From the IMG/VR virus record IMGVR_UViG_3300050503_000029: 64,000 nt of DNA. One strand, 5' to 3'. The DNA is from a virus. This document shows, piece by piece, positions 63,881-64,000 of this stretch. Positions within the stretch are counted from its first letter, which is position 1, and each line of letters starts with the position of its first letter. The notes beneath the pieces are model-generated. The model was not told the DNA's origin and did no database searches. It saw only the letters and a list, made by a program, of their open reading frames with translations. Made by a program: the position numbers and the translations under genes.

Positions 63881-64000
63881 ATGAGCAAGATCCAGAGCCA
63901 CGAGAACTGCACCCACGAGTCCTCGAAGGCCGCCCGCGCCAAGTGCCGCCGCTCCCGCGCCAAGTTCGCCGACGCGTTCGCCAGCGCCCTGACCGACGGC
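63881..64000 (+). CDS. cassette 13 protein, N-terminal part (runs off the window), with N-terminal H-x2-C-x-H-x9-C module
   Basis: ATG 63881 after GAGGGAGACACCGAG. MSKIQSHENCTHESSKAARAKCRRSRAKFADAFASALTDG... Confidence 0.55.
   Translation, partial: MSKIQSHENCTHESSKAARAKCRRSRAKFADAFASALTDG

Noticed and set aside
57624-64000. Whether the regularly spaced right-arm repeats are a CRISPR array
   Set aside because: The repeated units are promoter, leader and terminator blocks of variable sequence. The spacers are 250-450 bp and contain SD-preceded ORFs with GC3 bias. There is no 25-40 bp identical direct repeat with 30-40 bp spacers, and no cas genes.
57624-64000. Whether the cassettes are integron-type gene cassettes with attC sites
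   Set aside because: Each cassette has its own promoter, which integron cassettes normally lack. The hairpins look like terminators, without the R''/L''-L'/R' architecture or GTTRRRY cores. No integron integrase is present in the window.
1-64000. Lysogeny module (integrase, CI-like repressor, excisionase, ParAB) or genome termini (cos site, direct terminal repeat)
   Set aside because: No tyrosine or serine recombinase motifs, no obvious repressor/Cro pair and no partition genes were seen in any frame. No terminal repeat can be judged from a window that starts and ends inside genes. Lifestyle and ends remain undetermined.

Overview
High-G+C dsDNA phage sequence, almost certainly an actinobacteriophage (Streptomyces-type host) with a siphovirus virion module. 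No cellular housekeeping genes and no recognisable integrase, repressor or partition gene. All family assignments are motif recognition by eye and no database search was run. Layout: (1) 1-3.9 kb, leftward replication genes (prim-pol/helicase). (2) 3.9-4.6 kb, non-coding switch or origin-like region with overlapping divergent promoters and two iteron families. (3) 4.6-19.85 kb, rightward block of about 40 mostly small genes. These include ThyX, a HAD-like nucleotidase, a DEDDh exonuclease, several exported proteins (NlpC/P60, lipoprotein, sortase-like) and the endolysin. (4) 19.87-20.13 kb, convergent terminators. (5) 20.2-51.1 kb, one long leftward block. Reading 51.1 to 20.2 kb it holds a sugar-modification cluster (SDR dehydratase, methyltransferase, GT4), TerS, TerL, portal, MuF-like protein, scaffold, capsid, a fibre-like protein, connector proteins, major tail, G/G-T chaperone (GGGAAAG slippery site), tape measure, two proteins over 1100 aa, lectin-like paralogs, a Gly-rich protein and two holin-like membrane proteins. 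(6) 51.1-51.8 kb, a second non-coding switch region that shares an operator-like motif with region 2 and carries a perfect TGTGA-N6-TCACA site. (7) 51.8-57.6 kb, rightward: an acidic/basic nucleoid-like protein, an SprT-like protease, 3 tRNAs and a 2OG-oxygenase/GT2/MTase/GT2 cluster. (8) 57.6-64.0 kb, the most unusual part: a tandem array of at least 12 promoter / small ORF / terminator mini-cassettes built from one template. The array also carries a recurring 16-bp quasi-palindrome and a recurring H-x2-C-x-H-x9-C peptide module.
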